Below are positions 9,405 to 18,114 of a stretch of DNA of 64,000 nucleotides, one piece after another. Position 1 is the stretch's first letter. Each line of letters opens with the position of its first letter. Under the pieces are notes generated by a model, which worked only from the letters and a program-made list of their open reading frames with translations, searched no databases and was not told the DNA's origin. The position numbers were made by a program, and so were the translations under genes. Origin of the DNA: an uncultured Gammaproteobacteria bacterium (GTDB lineage: Bacteria > Patescibacteriota > Microgenomatia > CAZETR01 > Amesbacteraceae); the NCBI GenBank assembly GCA_964518565.1, contig CAZFGX010000001.1, forward strand, positions 524,470 to 588,469, read 5' to 3'.

Positions 9405-10166
9405 ATGGACGAACAGACACTTTTAGCCATAAACGCCGCCACCAACCGGGACTGGAAAGCTGCCATTGCCGCCAATTTATCTATTCTGAAAAAGAATACC
9501 AAAGATATTGACGCCCTCAATCGCCTTGGTCGTGCCTATTTTGAAACTGGTCAAAAAACCAAAGCTGAAGAAATATACAAAAAAGTACTTCGTATCGACA
9601 AATTCAACACTATTGCCAGCAAAAATCTCAATCTACTTCACACATCCCGAGTTGCTCGAGGTAGTAGTGCACACATCAGCATGTCACCCCCTCCTGTTTT
9701 CTTAGAGGAACCAGGTATTACAAAATTAGTCACACTCACTCGCCTAGGAGATACAAAAATCATTTCTCGAATGCATCCCGGAGATGCGGTAAAAATCGCT
9801 GCCCGAGATCATTGTGTTGCCGTAACTTCTCAAGCCAATGAATATCTAGGCCGTCTCCCAGATGATCTGGCCTCAAGATTACTACCTCTCATAAGAGGTG
9901 GAAATACATACAGTGGCTGGATCCGCTCGCTCGAAAGTGGCTTAAAAATTTTTATCAAAGAAATGAGCAAGCATCCCAAACTAAAAAACACTGTCTCATT
10001 CCCTATCACTGAACGACTGTCTTATGCAGCATTTACTCCACCAGAACTAGTTCACACTGAAAAACCTGATATTACAGGCGTCGAAGAACAAGAAGAATAT
10101 TTAGCTCGCGACGATGAACCAGATAATGACGACTCAGCTCCACAACTCATAGAAACCAATAACTAA
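9405..10166 (+). CDS. TPR-repeat protein, unknown function
   Basis: TPR-like 'ALNRLGRAYFETGQKTKAEEIYKKVLRIDKFN'. The ORF track start at 9354 is a TTG inside a 'ttgaatcttgaatcttg' repeat. ATG at 9405 is more plausible, but the start is uncertain. Confidence 0.45.
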   Translation: MDEQTLLAINAATNRDWKAAIAANLSILKKNTKDIDALNRLGRAYFETGQKTKAEEIYKKVLRIDKFNTIASKNLNLLHTSRVARGSSAHISMSPPPVFLEEPGITKLVTLTRLGDTKIISRMHPGDAVKIAARDHCVAVTSQANEYLGRLPDDLASRLLPLIRGGNTYSGWIRSLESGLKIFIKEMSKHPKLKNTVSFPITERLSYAAFTPPELVHTEKPDITGVEEQEEYLARDDEPDNDDSAPQLIETNN

Positions 10167-11021
10167 TCACCTTGTCCCCAACCAGCCCGTCCGATACTCA
10201 CTTCCCAATATTAGTAAAATATCAACTCTTTGTGTATCGATCACGACTTCGCAGCCAAATTGAGCTTTCAAAAAAGCCAAGGTCGCAGACAACCCCATTG
10301 CCCTAATCCGACATCTGTCTACCATCTGTGTTGGATCGTTATCAATTTGTCCGACTCTCAAACCCGCGTGTTCTATTACTCGGGCTGCATGAGTTCCCAT
10401 TCCTGGTTCTCCCAACGAATTCACAATTCGGATATTTATTCCCTCAGATACAAGTCCAGCAGAAACAAACCATTCTCGAGCCTTATCGTCCCAGGTAGAT
10501 GAAAGACCTAAAACTTTGTTGCCATCTACTGTATCATTCTTTTCCAGCAAAGAAGTATCCGACAAATCGACAGAAGTGAATTGCTTTTGTCTGGATAGCC
10601 ACCACCACATAAATCTATCCCACGTGCCCAAATCTTGATCAAATCCCTGATAAGCCAGACCCAAACTATCTGCAATTGAATCCCCTGCCCATTTCCTACC
10701 ATACTGTCCAGACAATTTGGACATTACCCCCAAACGCCAACTCCCCCTACCACCCAAAGTAGCTATTTCCAAATCATTGGGTAACTTTAATTCAATCGCA
10801 TCCCCACTTACTGGATCCACACTTAAAAAACGAAATTCGTCACCCTGGTCAGTCTTTAATTGTCTCAATACAGTAAATCTACCCACACCTCGCCAACTTC
10901 GCTGCAAATACAAACGATACACAACCAGTGCAAAAACAAATATGACAATTCCCAACAAAATAATTGCGGTCACCATCCACCGAGAACGTTGAGCAGTTTT
11001 TCCACCTCGCAATCGAGTCAT
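10167..11021 (-). CDS. membrane-anchored LytR_C-domain protein
   Basis: Single N-terminal TM. The C-terminal 'INIRIVNSLGEPGMGTHAARVIEHAGLRVGQIDN...CEVVIDTQ' resembles the LytR C-terminal domain. Confidence 0.5.
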   Translation of the reverse strand: MTRLRGGKTAQRSRWMVTAIILLGIVIFVFALVVYRLYLQRSWRGVGRFTVLRQLKTDQGDEFRFLSVDPVSGDAIELKLPNDLEIATLGGRGSWRLGVMSKLSGQYGRKWAGDSIADSLGLAYQGFDQDLGTWDRFMWWWLSRQKQFTSVDLSDTSLLEKNDTVDGNKVLGLSSTWDDKAREWFVSAGLVSEGINIRIVNSLGEPGMGTHAARVIEHAGLRVGQIDNDPTQMVDRCRIRAMGLSATLAFLKAQFGCEVVIDTQRVDILLILGSEYRTGWLGTR

Positions 11022-11725
11022 TACATCGAGTGTACCAGTCGAGACAGGGTTGGAGCTAGATCAAAAGGCAACGGTGAATCAAAAGTCATCAATGTTCCGG
11101 TCACTGGGTGCGTAAATTCTAGTTGCGTTGCATGTAAGAATAAGCGTGGACAAAAAACCAAATCCTCCTTCAACCATTTTCGCCATCCATAAATAGGGTC
11201 TGAAACAATCGGATGGCCCATATGTTGCAAATGAACTCGTAATTGATGTGTTCTTCCTGTATGAGGTTTCAATTCCACCAAACAATAATCGACATAGGTC
11301 TCTTTGACTCGCCATTCTGTGATCGCCATTCGACTTAAGTCGGTACCGATAGCAAATTTGCTCTTATTTTTTGAATAACGTTCAATCGGTAAAGAAACTA
11401 TGCCCTGTGATTCTTTTAGTGTGCCATGCACCAAAGCCAAATACGTCTTTTGAGTTTTTCGCTCCAAAAATTGCTGTTTCAATCCTTCATATGCTTCAAG
11501 TGTTTTTGCCAGAACCATTACTCCACTCGTGTCCTTATCCAATCGATGCACGATTCCACCTTTTTGCCAAAATTCCGTCATTGTATCAGCTGCAACCAAA
11601 CGTGAAACAAACCATTGTTGAAGCGTCACATCTTTTACTGAATCAGCATTATTTACGACGATTCCTCCTGGCTTATCCACAACACACAAGTACTCATCCT
11701 CAAAAATCACTCGGATATCGATCAT
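11021..11725 (-). CDS. RluA-family pseudouridine synthase
   Basis: 'VVDKPGGIVV', 'HRLDKDTSGVMVLAK' and 'KTYLALVHG' are RluA/RluD catalytic motifs. The start is probably the internal Met at 11725 (MIDIRV). Confidence 0.8.
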   Translation of the reverse strand: MIDIRVIFEDEYLCVVDKPGGIVVNNADSVKDVTLQQWFVSRLVAADTMTEFWQKGGIVHRLDKDTSGVMVLAKTLEAYEGLKQQFLERKTQKTYLALVHGTLKESQGIVSLPIERYSKNKSKFAIGTDLSRMAITEWRVKETYVDYCLVELKPHTGRTHQLRVHLQHMGHPIVSDPIYGWRKWLKEDLVFCPRLFLHATQLEFTHPVTGTLMTFDSPLPFDLAPTLSRLVHSM

Positions 11726-12081
11726 TTTTCTTTTTTCTTTTCGCAGTCCACACAAACAGTCGTTTCAGGCATAACCATCAAACGATCTGTATCAATCATC
11801 TTTCCACAACGCTCACAAATACCATAATTACCCAGCTTAATTCTTGTCAGAGCTTTTCGAATCTGAATAATGCGTCGATCCACTGCAGTTCGCAACGCTG
11901 AAGCTTGCATATGCCCCACTTCTTCCATAGCCTCATCTCCTATATCTGCGTTTCCCACCAATCGACTCGTATCTCGTGCTGGATCAGCCGCCAAAATCTC
12001 TTTTCGTCGTTTCAATAAACCTTTCAGTTTTTCGGTTAAATGCTCAGCAACTGGTTTTAACAAATTTTGTGGATATTTCAT
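11722..12081 (-). CDS. DksA/TraR-family C4 zinc-finger protein
   Basis: C-terminal 'CERCGKMIDTDRLMVMPETTVCVDC' four-Cys finger, preceded by a coiled-coil region. Confidence 0.7.
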   Translation of the reverse strand: MKYPQNLLKPVAEHLTEKLKGLLKRRKEILAADPARDTSRLVGNADIGDEAMEEVGHMQASALRTAVDRRIIQIRKALTRIKLGNYGICERCGKMIDTDRLMVMPETTVCVDCEKKKEK

Positions 12082-12647
12082 GACTTTTGCAATAATACCC
12101 TAGAACGCAAGAGGATAGCAACCACTGAAACAGCCAGTACTACAGCTCCAATCCATAGATTCAAACTCATCTGCCAAAAGTCATGACAAATAAAAATAAT
12201 CGCCCATAAAATCAACCCCAAGCTTCCAACCAAACCGTTTTTTCCACTTTTATACCATCTCCATCGTCTGTAGGAACGTTTGACACCATACAATAGTAGC
12301 CCAGCCAAAACAGTAGCCAAAACATATATCCATTCATGTAAATAGCTAAAATATATTGCCCCCAAACCAAACGTGGCTTGTAAATCAAGATCCCACAATT
12401 CACCAAAATCCCATTTTAGTCGCCAACCAACCCCTACACAAACCGCAACGCCAGCCAATAATCCTGCCCAAACCGGCACATCAAACATTAGCCCAACTCT
12501 CACTGCTATTAATGTAAATACATACCAGGCAGCTGAAAAAATTAACACCTGCGACTCAACATAATCAATTCGCAATATCCGCCAAAAATAAAAACTCGTC
12601 CACAAAAAATACAAAACGACTAATCCTGCAAAAAAAATCTGGCTCAC
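12078..12647 (-). CDS. membrane protein, unknown function
   Basis: 189-aa hydrophobic ORF with 4-nt overlaps to both neighbours. Confidence 0.4.
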   Translation of the reverse strand: MSQIFFAGLVVLYFLWTSFYFWRILRIDYVESQVLIFSAAWYVFTLIAVRVGLMFDVPVWAGLLAGVAVCVGVGWRLKWDFGELWDLDLQATFGLGAIYFSYLHEWIYVLATVLAGLLLYGVKRSYRRWRWYKSGKNGLVGSLGLILWAIIFICHDFWQMSLNLWIGAVVLAVSVVAILLRSRVLLQKS

Positions 12648-12651
12648 CCTA

Positions 12652-13218
12652 TTATTTTACTCGTTCCGCGTAAGATCCGTCACGGGTATCAATAAGTACT
12701 TTTTCACCTTCTTCAATAAACAAGGGCACTTTAACAGTCATCCCATTATCCAAAACAGCACTTTTATACAAGTTAGACACACTATTACCTTTTACTCCTG
12801 GATCAGTTTGGGCAATAGTAAATTGCATTTTTGGTGGCAGTTCAACACTCAAAGCGCGCTCCTCCCAAAAAAGAATATTTACCGTAATTCCTTCTACCAA
12901 ATAGGCTGCCTGTTCTCCGACGTCTTCAGGAGAAATTGCCACTTGCTCGTAAGTCTTAGGATCCATAAAAGCAAATCCTTCACCATCTTTATATAAATAC
13001 TGCATTGGCTTACGCATCAGATCGATCACATCTACCCGAGCTGAATTTACAAAAGATTTTTCTACGATTGCTCCACTGAGCAAATTTCGCATTTTTATCT
13101 TGATTGTGGCCGATCCCCGACCCATTTTTATATGTTCATATTTCAATCCCACCCATGGCTGGCCATCCAGCAAAAAAGCTGTCCCGTTTCGAATATCTTG
13201 TACACCAATTTGCGCCAT
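12652..13218 (-). CDS. efp: translation elongation factor P
   Basis: 'IRNGTAFLLDGQPW...KMGRGSATIKIKMRNL' and 'KPMQYLYKDGEGFAFMD' match EF-P over its full length. Confidence 0.9.
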   Translation of the reverse strand: MAQIGVQDIRNGTAFLLDGQPWVGLKYEHIKMGRGSATIKIKMRNLLSGAIVEKSFVNSARVDVIDLMRKPMQYLYKDGEGFAFMDPKTYEQVAISPEDVGEQAAYLVEGITVNILFWEERALSVELPPKMQFTIAQTDPGVKGNSVSNLYKSAVLDNGMTVKVPLFIEEGEKVLIDTRDGSYAERVK

Positions 13219-13467
13219 AGCAAGTTCAGATTATATCACTACAGCTTCCATTTCTGACAGACACCGTGTTCGCGAGAAATATATGATCGCCGTCGCAAAA
13301 TTTCGGTATGTTCATCCGAATCTACAATATCTACGGTCTTTACTTGTTCACAGTACCACAAACAACCAGCCACAGCGCATGCCACGCCAAATTGATATTC
13401 ACCCACTAAATATTTTCCGTCTACTACCCTTCCCAACTCACATTCCACACGCTTCATAAAAAAATTA

Positions 13468-13473
13468 TATAAT
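13468..13473 (+). promoter_or_regulatory. candidate -10 box (TATAAT) for tRNA-Leu
   Basis: Perfect TATAAT 8 nt upstream of the tRNA 5' end. The -35 is weak (TTCCAC). Confidence 0.3.
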
Positions 13474-13481
13474 ACGTCTAC

Positions 13482-13566
13482 GCCGAAGTGGTGGAATGGT
13501 AGACACGCAGGTCTCAAAAACCTGTGAGCCCTAAAGCTCATGACGGTTCGAGTCCGTCCTTCGGCA
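13482..13566 (+). tRNA. tRNA-Leu(CAA), type II with long variable arm
   Basis: Acceptor GCCGAAG/CTTCGGC. Anticodon stem CAGGT/ACCTG with loop CTCAAAA gives anticodon CAA. The variable arm is ~17 nt and the T-arm is GGTTCGAGTCC. CCA is not encoded. Confidence 0.85.
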
Positions 13567-13700
13567 CAAGCTTGAAATATCCTATAGTTTGTAATAAAAT
13601 AGCTTCAGTTGTAATCTGTGACAGTCTCAAGCAGGCCTACTCACAAATTACCCGTTTTTAGTAGTTCTTTCAAAAATTGCAGAGAATAAGGAGTATTTGT

Positions 13701-14051
13701 ATGAAAATCACATTTGCAAATATTAATGAAGTGTTCGCTCAGTTGAGCAAGATGTTGGATGGCCACAATTACCAAATTGTTACCACACAACAAAGCCAAC
13801 CAACCCAAACTCAAAAGTTTCAGGCACCCAACACCAAGTTGCAGCTCGGACAAGAAGGTTGCGACAACCCAACTTGGAAACAAATCAACGGCTATCAGAA
13901 TGATGACTGGAAATGGGGCTTTAGCGTTTTTGAAACCGATGAAGGAATGAAAAGGGAAAACCCATTCATCGTCTTCGAGACCAAGAAGGCCGTCATCACC
14001 GTCAAACAAGAAGGCTTCCATGATCAAATATTAGAAATAGCCGCAATCTAA
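13701..14051 (+). CDS. small-protein paralog family member A (cassette 1)
   Basis: AAGGAG Shine-Dalgarno 10 nt upstream. N-terminal 'ITFANINEVFAQLSKML'. 'WKWGF...KRENPFIVFETKK' is shared with member C. Confidence 0.55.
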   Translation: MKITFANINEVFAQLSKMLDGHNYQIVTTQQSQPTQTQKFQAPNTKLQLGQEGCDNPTWKQINGYQNDDWKWGFSVFETDEGMKRENPFIVFETKKAVITVKQEGFHDQILEIAAI

Positions 14052-14067
14052 ATCCGCAAGGAGGAAA

Positions 14068-14424
14068 ATGGCTCAAACAATCAAAACTAGTCCTGAGAAT
14101 GCACTTCAAATAGTCACACAAGTTGCAAATCAATTCTCCGGAAAACCCTACGATCTAACCACGATTGTTTCGGGGCAGCAAAATCGACACGCAAAAATAA
14201 CCAAATCAAGCATTTTGCTAGAGTTCGATGGAATACATGCAATAAAAATAATTGCAAATGATAGCGCTCTAGACAAAATCCCTATATGGGAAGTTCATGT
14301 GTATCCCGAGAATTCACCAAATTTCCACAAAAACCCCTCAATCACTTTCGACAAAAAAGATTGTGTAATTGATTGGGTAGACGAATTTGAACGACACGTA
14401 ACATATATCCTGAGAAATCTTTAA
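14068..14424 (+). CDS. small-protein paralog family member B (cassette 1)
   Basis: AAGGAGGA Shine-Dalgarno. N-terminal 'KTSPENALQIVTQVANQF' and 'NPSITFDKKD' motifs. Confidence 0.55.
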   Translation: MAQTIKTSPENALQIVTQVANQFSGKPYDLTTIVSGQQNRHAKITKSSILLEFDGIHAIKIIANDSALDKIPIWEVHVYPENSPNFHKNPSITFDKKDCVIDWVDEFERHVTYILRNL

Positions 14425-14442
14425 ACTCTGCAGTTTATCCCT

Positions 14443-14471
14443 AGCGCCGGTCACCCCGGCGCTTTTTTTTG
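14443..14471 (+). terminator. rho-independent terminator (cassette 1)
   Basis: Stem AGCGCCGG/CCGGCGCT with loop TCACC, followed by T8. Confidence 0.75.
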
Positions 14472-14546
14472 GGAATTACTAGCCAAAAAGAGTAAAATAC
14501 ACTCCCCTGTTCGTACTTTGACAAATACGTGAGTATAGGAGGTTAT

Positions 14547-14912
14547 ATGACTTCAACTAGGTCAGTAAGACTAAGCTTGGATAATAAATTTGAGTTATTA
14601 CAACAACTTCGAAACCATTTTCCAACCGACTATCAATATACATACACCATGAATGGCCAACTGGTCGAATCAAAAATAGTCAAATCCCGATTTGTACTCA
14701 AAACTTTTGAAAACAATGATGGTTGGTGGTACTTATTTGCTCTAGATGACAAAAATGATATTCAGTGGGGTTTCTTTTTTGTCAATGAAAAGACAACAGC
14801 CAGAAAAAGAAACCCAGTTTTCTTATTCACTGACGAAGGAATTCTTATTCACTTCGAGTTAAAAACCAGAGATAGATTGGAATACAAATTAGAAAAAATA
14901 AAGGAGAAATAG
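14547..14912 (+). CDS. small-protein paralog family member C (cassette 2)
   Basis: AGGAGG Shine-Dalgarno then ATG at 14547. 'IQWGFFFVNEKTTARKRNPVFLFTDEG' parallels member A. Confidence 0.55.
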   Translation: MTSTRSVRLSLDNKFELLQQLRNHFPTDYQYTYTMNGQLVESKIVKSRFVLKTFENNDGWWYLFALDDKNDIQWGFFFVNEKTTARKRNPVFLFTDEGILIHFELKTRDRLEYKLEKIKEK

Positions 14913-14913
14913 T

Positions 14914-15252
14914 ATGGAACAGATACAAATTACCCCCGGAAACGCTAAAGAAATTGCGACCAAGTTACAGCAACTACTTCAAAATCGACAATTTCGATTT
15001 CGGTTTTATCGAAACAGTATTCAAGAAAAAATTCTCGCCAACACATCATTGGCAGATACAAACTCCTTGCTTGTAGACAATCCCTCTGACCCACACGCAC
15101 TTCATATTCATCTGGCAAACGAGTCACTCATATTGGTTCTCGCATTTTTCTACACCCTAAAAGTCACGGCCAACCCCGTCGTTATCACAGTCACAAGCAT
15201 GGCCATGCGTCATCACCCGACAATGATGTATGAGTTTGAAATCTTGCCGTAA
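14914..15252 (+). CDS. small-protein paralog family member D (cassette 2)
   Basis: AAGGAG Shine-Dalgarno. N-terminal 'ITPGNAKEIATKLQQLL' and 'NPVVITVTS'. Confidence 0.55.
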   Translation: MEQIQITPGNAKEIATKLQQLLQNRQFRFRFYRNSIQEKILANTSLADTNSLLVDNPSDPHALHIHLANESLILVLAFFYTLKVTANPVVITVTSMAMRHHPTMMYEFEILP

Positions 15253-15265
15253 ATAAGGAGAAAAT

Positions 15266-15622
15266 ATGCAACAGTCAATACTATTGAATGCACAAACATG
15301 CGAATCAATTATTCAAGAGTTAATTAGCCGTTTAAATACAAAAACATTCTCCTACACTTTTCTAGACCCAGACAATACGATCACTGAACATGTTGCAAAC
15401 CTTCAATTAAGACCAAACGTTCCAAATCCAATCATGTATGGAGAACACTGTTTCATCATTGCACTGGCAGGGACAAAAAGTATTTTTGTCCGTCCTGAAA
15501 AAGATGACTCGGTAATGTTCAATTTCTTAGAAGATGAATCAGTAGTAATTGTAAACAGATCCAATCAAAAACAATTCAAATTGGTTATTCTCTCGGGAGG
15601 CAAGCATGCAAGTAGCAGCTGA
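15266..15622 (+). CDS. small-protein paralog family member E (cassette 2)
   Basis: AAGGAG Shine-Dalgarno. N-terminal 'LLNAQTCESIIQELISRL' and 'DSVMFNFLEDE'. Confidence 0.55.
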   Translation: MQQSILLNAQTCESIIQELISRLNTKTFSYTFLDPDNTITEHVANLQLRPNVPNPIMYGEHCFIIALAGTKSIFVRPEKDDSVMFNFLEDESVVIVNRSNQKQFKLVILSGGKHASSS

Positions 15623-15935
15623 AGATACCTTAAAAGTAATTCGAATTGTCCGTGGTTGGTTGAAAGATACAAAAGTATCTGTCAAACACACCCAAAATAA
15701 TGGTGATGTCGATCAAACCCAAGATGTCACAATTTCAGGCAACCAAATCAGCTTCTCTCGTAGCCCAGTGTTTATGGAAAATATGTTCATCCACATTGGA
15801 AACTGGACGGCTGTTCTATATCCAAGATCTGCCAAAGATAAACAAACGACCATTGAAACCTCAAAGACACACATGACGATTGTCGTCAAAAACAAAAGTG
15901 GTGAAGAAACTTGGGTATTTGCACCCATGGAGTAA
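15606..15935 (+). CDS. small-protein paralog family member F (cassette 2)
   Basis: GGGAGG Shine-Dalgarno. Overlaps E by 17 nt. 'SPVFMENMFIHIGNW' is a weaker N-terminal motif match. Confidence 0.5.
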   Translation: MQVAAEDTLKVIRIVRGWLKDTKVSVKHTQNNGDVDQTQDVTISGNQISFSRSPVFMENMFIHIGNWTAVLYPRSAKDKQTTIETSKTHMTIVVKNKSGEETWVFAPME

Positions 15936-15954
15936 TCATCAAGACAAATCCCCT

Positions 15955-15982
15955 AGCGCCGGTCACCCCGGCGCTTTTTTTA
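15955..15982 (+). terminator. rho-independent terminator (cassette 2), near-identical copy of the 14443 terminator
   Basis: Same AGCGCCGG-TCACC-CCGGCGCT hairpin plus T-run. About 32 nt are identical to the first copy including flanks. Confidence 0.75.
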
Positions 15983-16069
15983 TTTTCATAAATAACCTAT
16001 AATAATAATTTCGGGGCAACAGCTGTCCCAAATTTTGTACATTCATAAATTACATAAGGAGAAAATCGT

Positions 16070-16414
16070 ATGGCTGATGTGCTAGTTCTTAGTCCAAATA
16101 CCGTCGCTGAAATCGTCGACAAAACTCGTAAACTACTCGATCAAAAGAAGTTTGATTACACCAAACGCCCAATCAAAATCACACACGACTCGCCGCCCAT
16201 AATCTTGTATAACGTGAGTCTAAATCCACAGAGAAGTTATGGTCGCCATCCGGTGTATATGGTCAGTGACAACATTTTAAGTTTCCTATACATCCATTTT
16301 AGCGAAAGCACTATATCACTTAGTTCTAGACAAGTAGTTGTCTTTGAATTTGAGTCAAACCAACTACGAATCAAAACTAAGTATGCTGAGCAGACTTTCA
16401 CTATCCAGGAGTAA
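16070..16414 (+). CDS. small-protein paralog family member G (cassette 3)
   Basis: AAGGAG Shine-Dalgarno. 'LSPNTVAEIVDKTRKLL' and 'HPVYMVSDN'. Confidence 0.55.
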   Translation: MADVLVLSPNTVAEIVDKTRKLLDQKKFDYTKRPIKITHDSPPIILYNVSLNPQRSYGRHPVYMVSDNILSFLYIHFSESTISLSSRQVVVFEFESNQLRIKTKYAEQTFTIQE

Positions 16415-16417
16415 ATT

Positions 16418-16741
16418 ATGACAGCACTAGTAGTCGGTCCCCAAAACACCTGGTACAGTCTCGAACGCGAGAATTTACCACTTTGGGTGTTCATGAACCA
16501 ACATCTATCCTGTTTACGTAAATTTACCCTAGATACCCTGATCGAAATCGAATATCTGCTTCATCACCAAAATCTGTGTATCTCAGAGACTAGTCCTTGG
16601 CAAGTTCTTGACCAACTCCGACAAGGCCTCTGCCTACTGGGTATTTCCGACATCGATGTTGGTCTTGAAGAAGCTCGAACGAAGTTTGCCTTATGTGATC
16701 CAAACACGTTTAAGGTCAGATTAGAAAAACATCTGATCTAA
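16418..16741 (+). CDS. small protein H (cassette 3), possible divergent family member
   Basis: AGGAG Shine-Dalgarno. Similar size. 'GPQNTWYSLERENL' and C-terminal 'DPNTFKVRL' give weak family resemblance. Confidence 0.45.
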   Translation: MTALVVGPQNTWYSLERENLPLWVFMNQHLSCLRKFTLDTLIEIEYLLHHQNLCISETSPWQVLDQLRQGLCLLGISDIDVGLEEARTKFALCDPNTFKVRLEKHLI

Positions 16742-16751
16742 ACCGCATCCC

Positions 16752-16781
16752 AGCGCTTTGATAATTCAAAGCGCTTTTTTT
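16752..16781. terminator. bidirectional rho-independent terminator (cassette 3 / dnaB convergent)
   Basis: Stem AGCGCTTTG/CAAAGCGCT with loop ATAATT, T7 on the + strand and an A-run on the other side. It lies between convergent genes. Confidence 0.65.
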
Positions 16782-18102
16782 ATTCCTTACGTTTTGTCTC
16801 TACGCCATAAAACCGTACCTTATCACCCTTGAACCGTAGCTTGACAGACCCCACCGCACCATTGCGATGTTTGGCCACATCCAGTGTCATATTTTCCAAA
16901 TCCTCATCATTTTCTCGCCACAAAAACATGACCACGTCAGCGTCTTGTTCAATTGCCCCAGATTCACGCAAATCAGCCAATTGTGGTCGTTTTACGCCTC
17001 GAGACTCCACATTACGTGACAACTGAGACAACGCCAATACTGGTATTTTTAATTCCCGAGCCAAATTTTTTAATCCTTGAGAGATTTCAGACACTTCCTG
17101 CACCCGACTATCCATATTTCGACTTGGCCGTGCCAATTGCAAATAATCCACCACGATCAAGCGCAATCCATGTTCTGCCTGCAATCTTCGTGCCTTAGTG
17201 CGCATCTCAAGTATTGAAATGCCTGGGGTATCATCAATATATAGCGGCGTTTCATACAACTCACCCATAGCATCAGACAAACGTGTGAATTCATTTTCAT
17301 CCATTCGACCAGTTTTCATTTTCCAAGCATCAATTTCGGCATGCGACACCAACAACCGATCGATCATTTCTTCTTTACTCATTTCCAAAGCAAAAAAACC
17401 AACAGGAAGTTTGTGGTGAAATGCTGCATTGTGTGCCACATTCAAGGCAAGGGCTGTCTTTCCCACACCAGGTCGCGCAGCCAAAATCAGTAAATTTGAA
17501 TCCTGCATTCCCGCCAACATATTATCCAGCTGAGTAAATCCTGTTGGCACACCTCGCAACCCTCCAGCTGATTTATGCAATTCATCCAATCTATCAAATG
17601 AATCCGCCAAAATATCTTTTACCGGCACGAAAATTTGCTTCAAATGTTGTTGCGACAGAGCAAATACCGACTGCTCAGCTCCATCCAAAATCTCCCGTAC
17701 ATTTTTACTTTCATCAAATGCCAGATCAGTAATTTTTGTCGCCGAAGAAATTAATTGACGTTTTGTGTAATCATCTTTTACCAAATGGGCATAATGTGCT
17801 GCATGTGCTGCCGTAGGCACTCCATTTACTAATTCAGTTAAATATTCGCTCCCACCGATTTCTGTCAGTGTTTTTAATTTTTTTAACCGCTCCGTCACAG
17901 AAACCACGTCCACTGGCTCACGATCTTGATACAAATCAACTACCGCCTGGAATACACGCTGATGTCGAGGATCATAAAAATGCTCCGGACGCAAAAATTC
18001 TACCACCTCAACTACTGCATCACGATCAATGAGTACCGCACCTAAAACCGATTGTTCAGCCACATCGGAGTGTGGCGGAACTTTTGCTTTTTCCTGCGCC
18101 AT
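16780..18102 (-). CDS. dnaB: replicative DNA helicase DnaB
   Basis: N-terminal 'PHSDVAEQSVLGAVL', Walker A 'ARPGVGKTALAL' and 'LIVVDYLQL' match DnaB over its full length. Confidence 0.9.
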   Translation of the reverse strand: MAQEKAKVPPHSDVAEQSVLGAVLIDRDAVVEVVEFLRPEHFYDPRHQRVFQAVVDLYQDREPVDVVSVTERLKKLKTLTEIGGSEYLTELVNGVPTAAHAAHYAHLVKDDYTKRQLISSATKITDLAFDESKNVREILDGAEQSVFALSQQHLKQIFVPVKDILADSFDRLDELHKSAGGLRGVPTGFTQLDNMLAGMQDSNLLILAARPGVGKTALALNVAHNAAFHHKLPVGFFALEMSKEEMIDRLLVSHAEIDAWKMKTGRMDENEFTRLSDAMGELYETPLYIDDTPGISILEMRTKARRLQAEHGLRLIVVDYLQLARPSRNMDSRVQEVSEISQGLKNLARELKIPVLALSQLSRNVESRGVKRPQLADLRESGAIEQDADVVMFLWRENDEDLENMTLDVAKHRNGAVGSVKLRFKGDKVRFYGVETKRKE

Positions 18103-18114
18103 ACCCGGAATATA

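Noticed and set aside
13239-13541. 100-aa minus-strand ORF spanning the tRNA-Leu gene and its promoter
   Set aside because: It overlaps a confidently folded tRNA on the opposite strand, has no Shine-Dalgarno and is low-complexity. It is a spurious ORF.
13567-13700. Possible att-site or direct repeat of the tRNA-Leu 3' end marking an integrated island
   Set aside because: I could not find a second copy of the tRNA 3' segment (e.g. 'GGTTCGAGTCCGTCC') by eye between 13.5 and 17 kb. There is no integrase next to the array, so island status is unproven.
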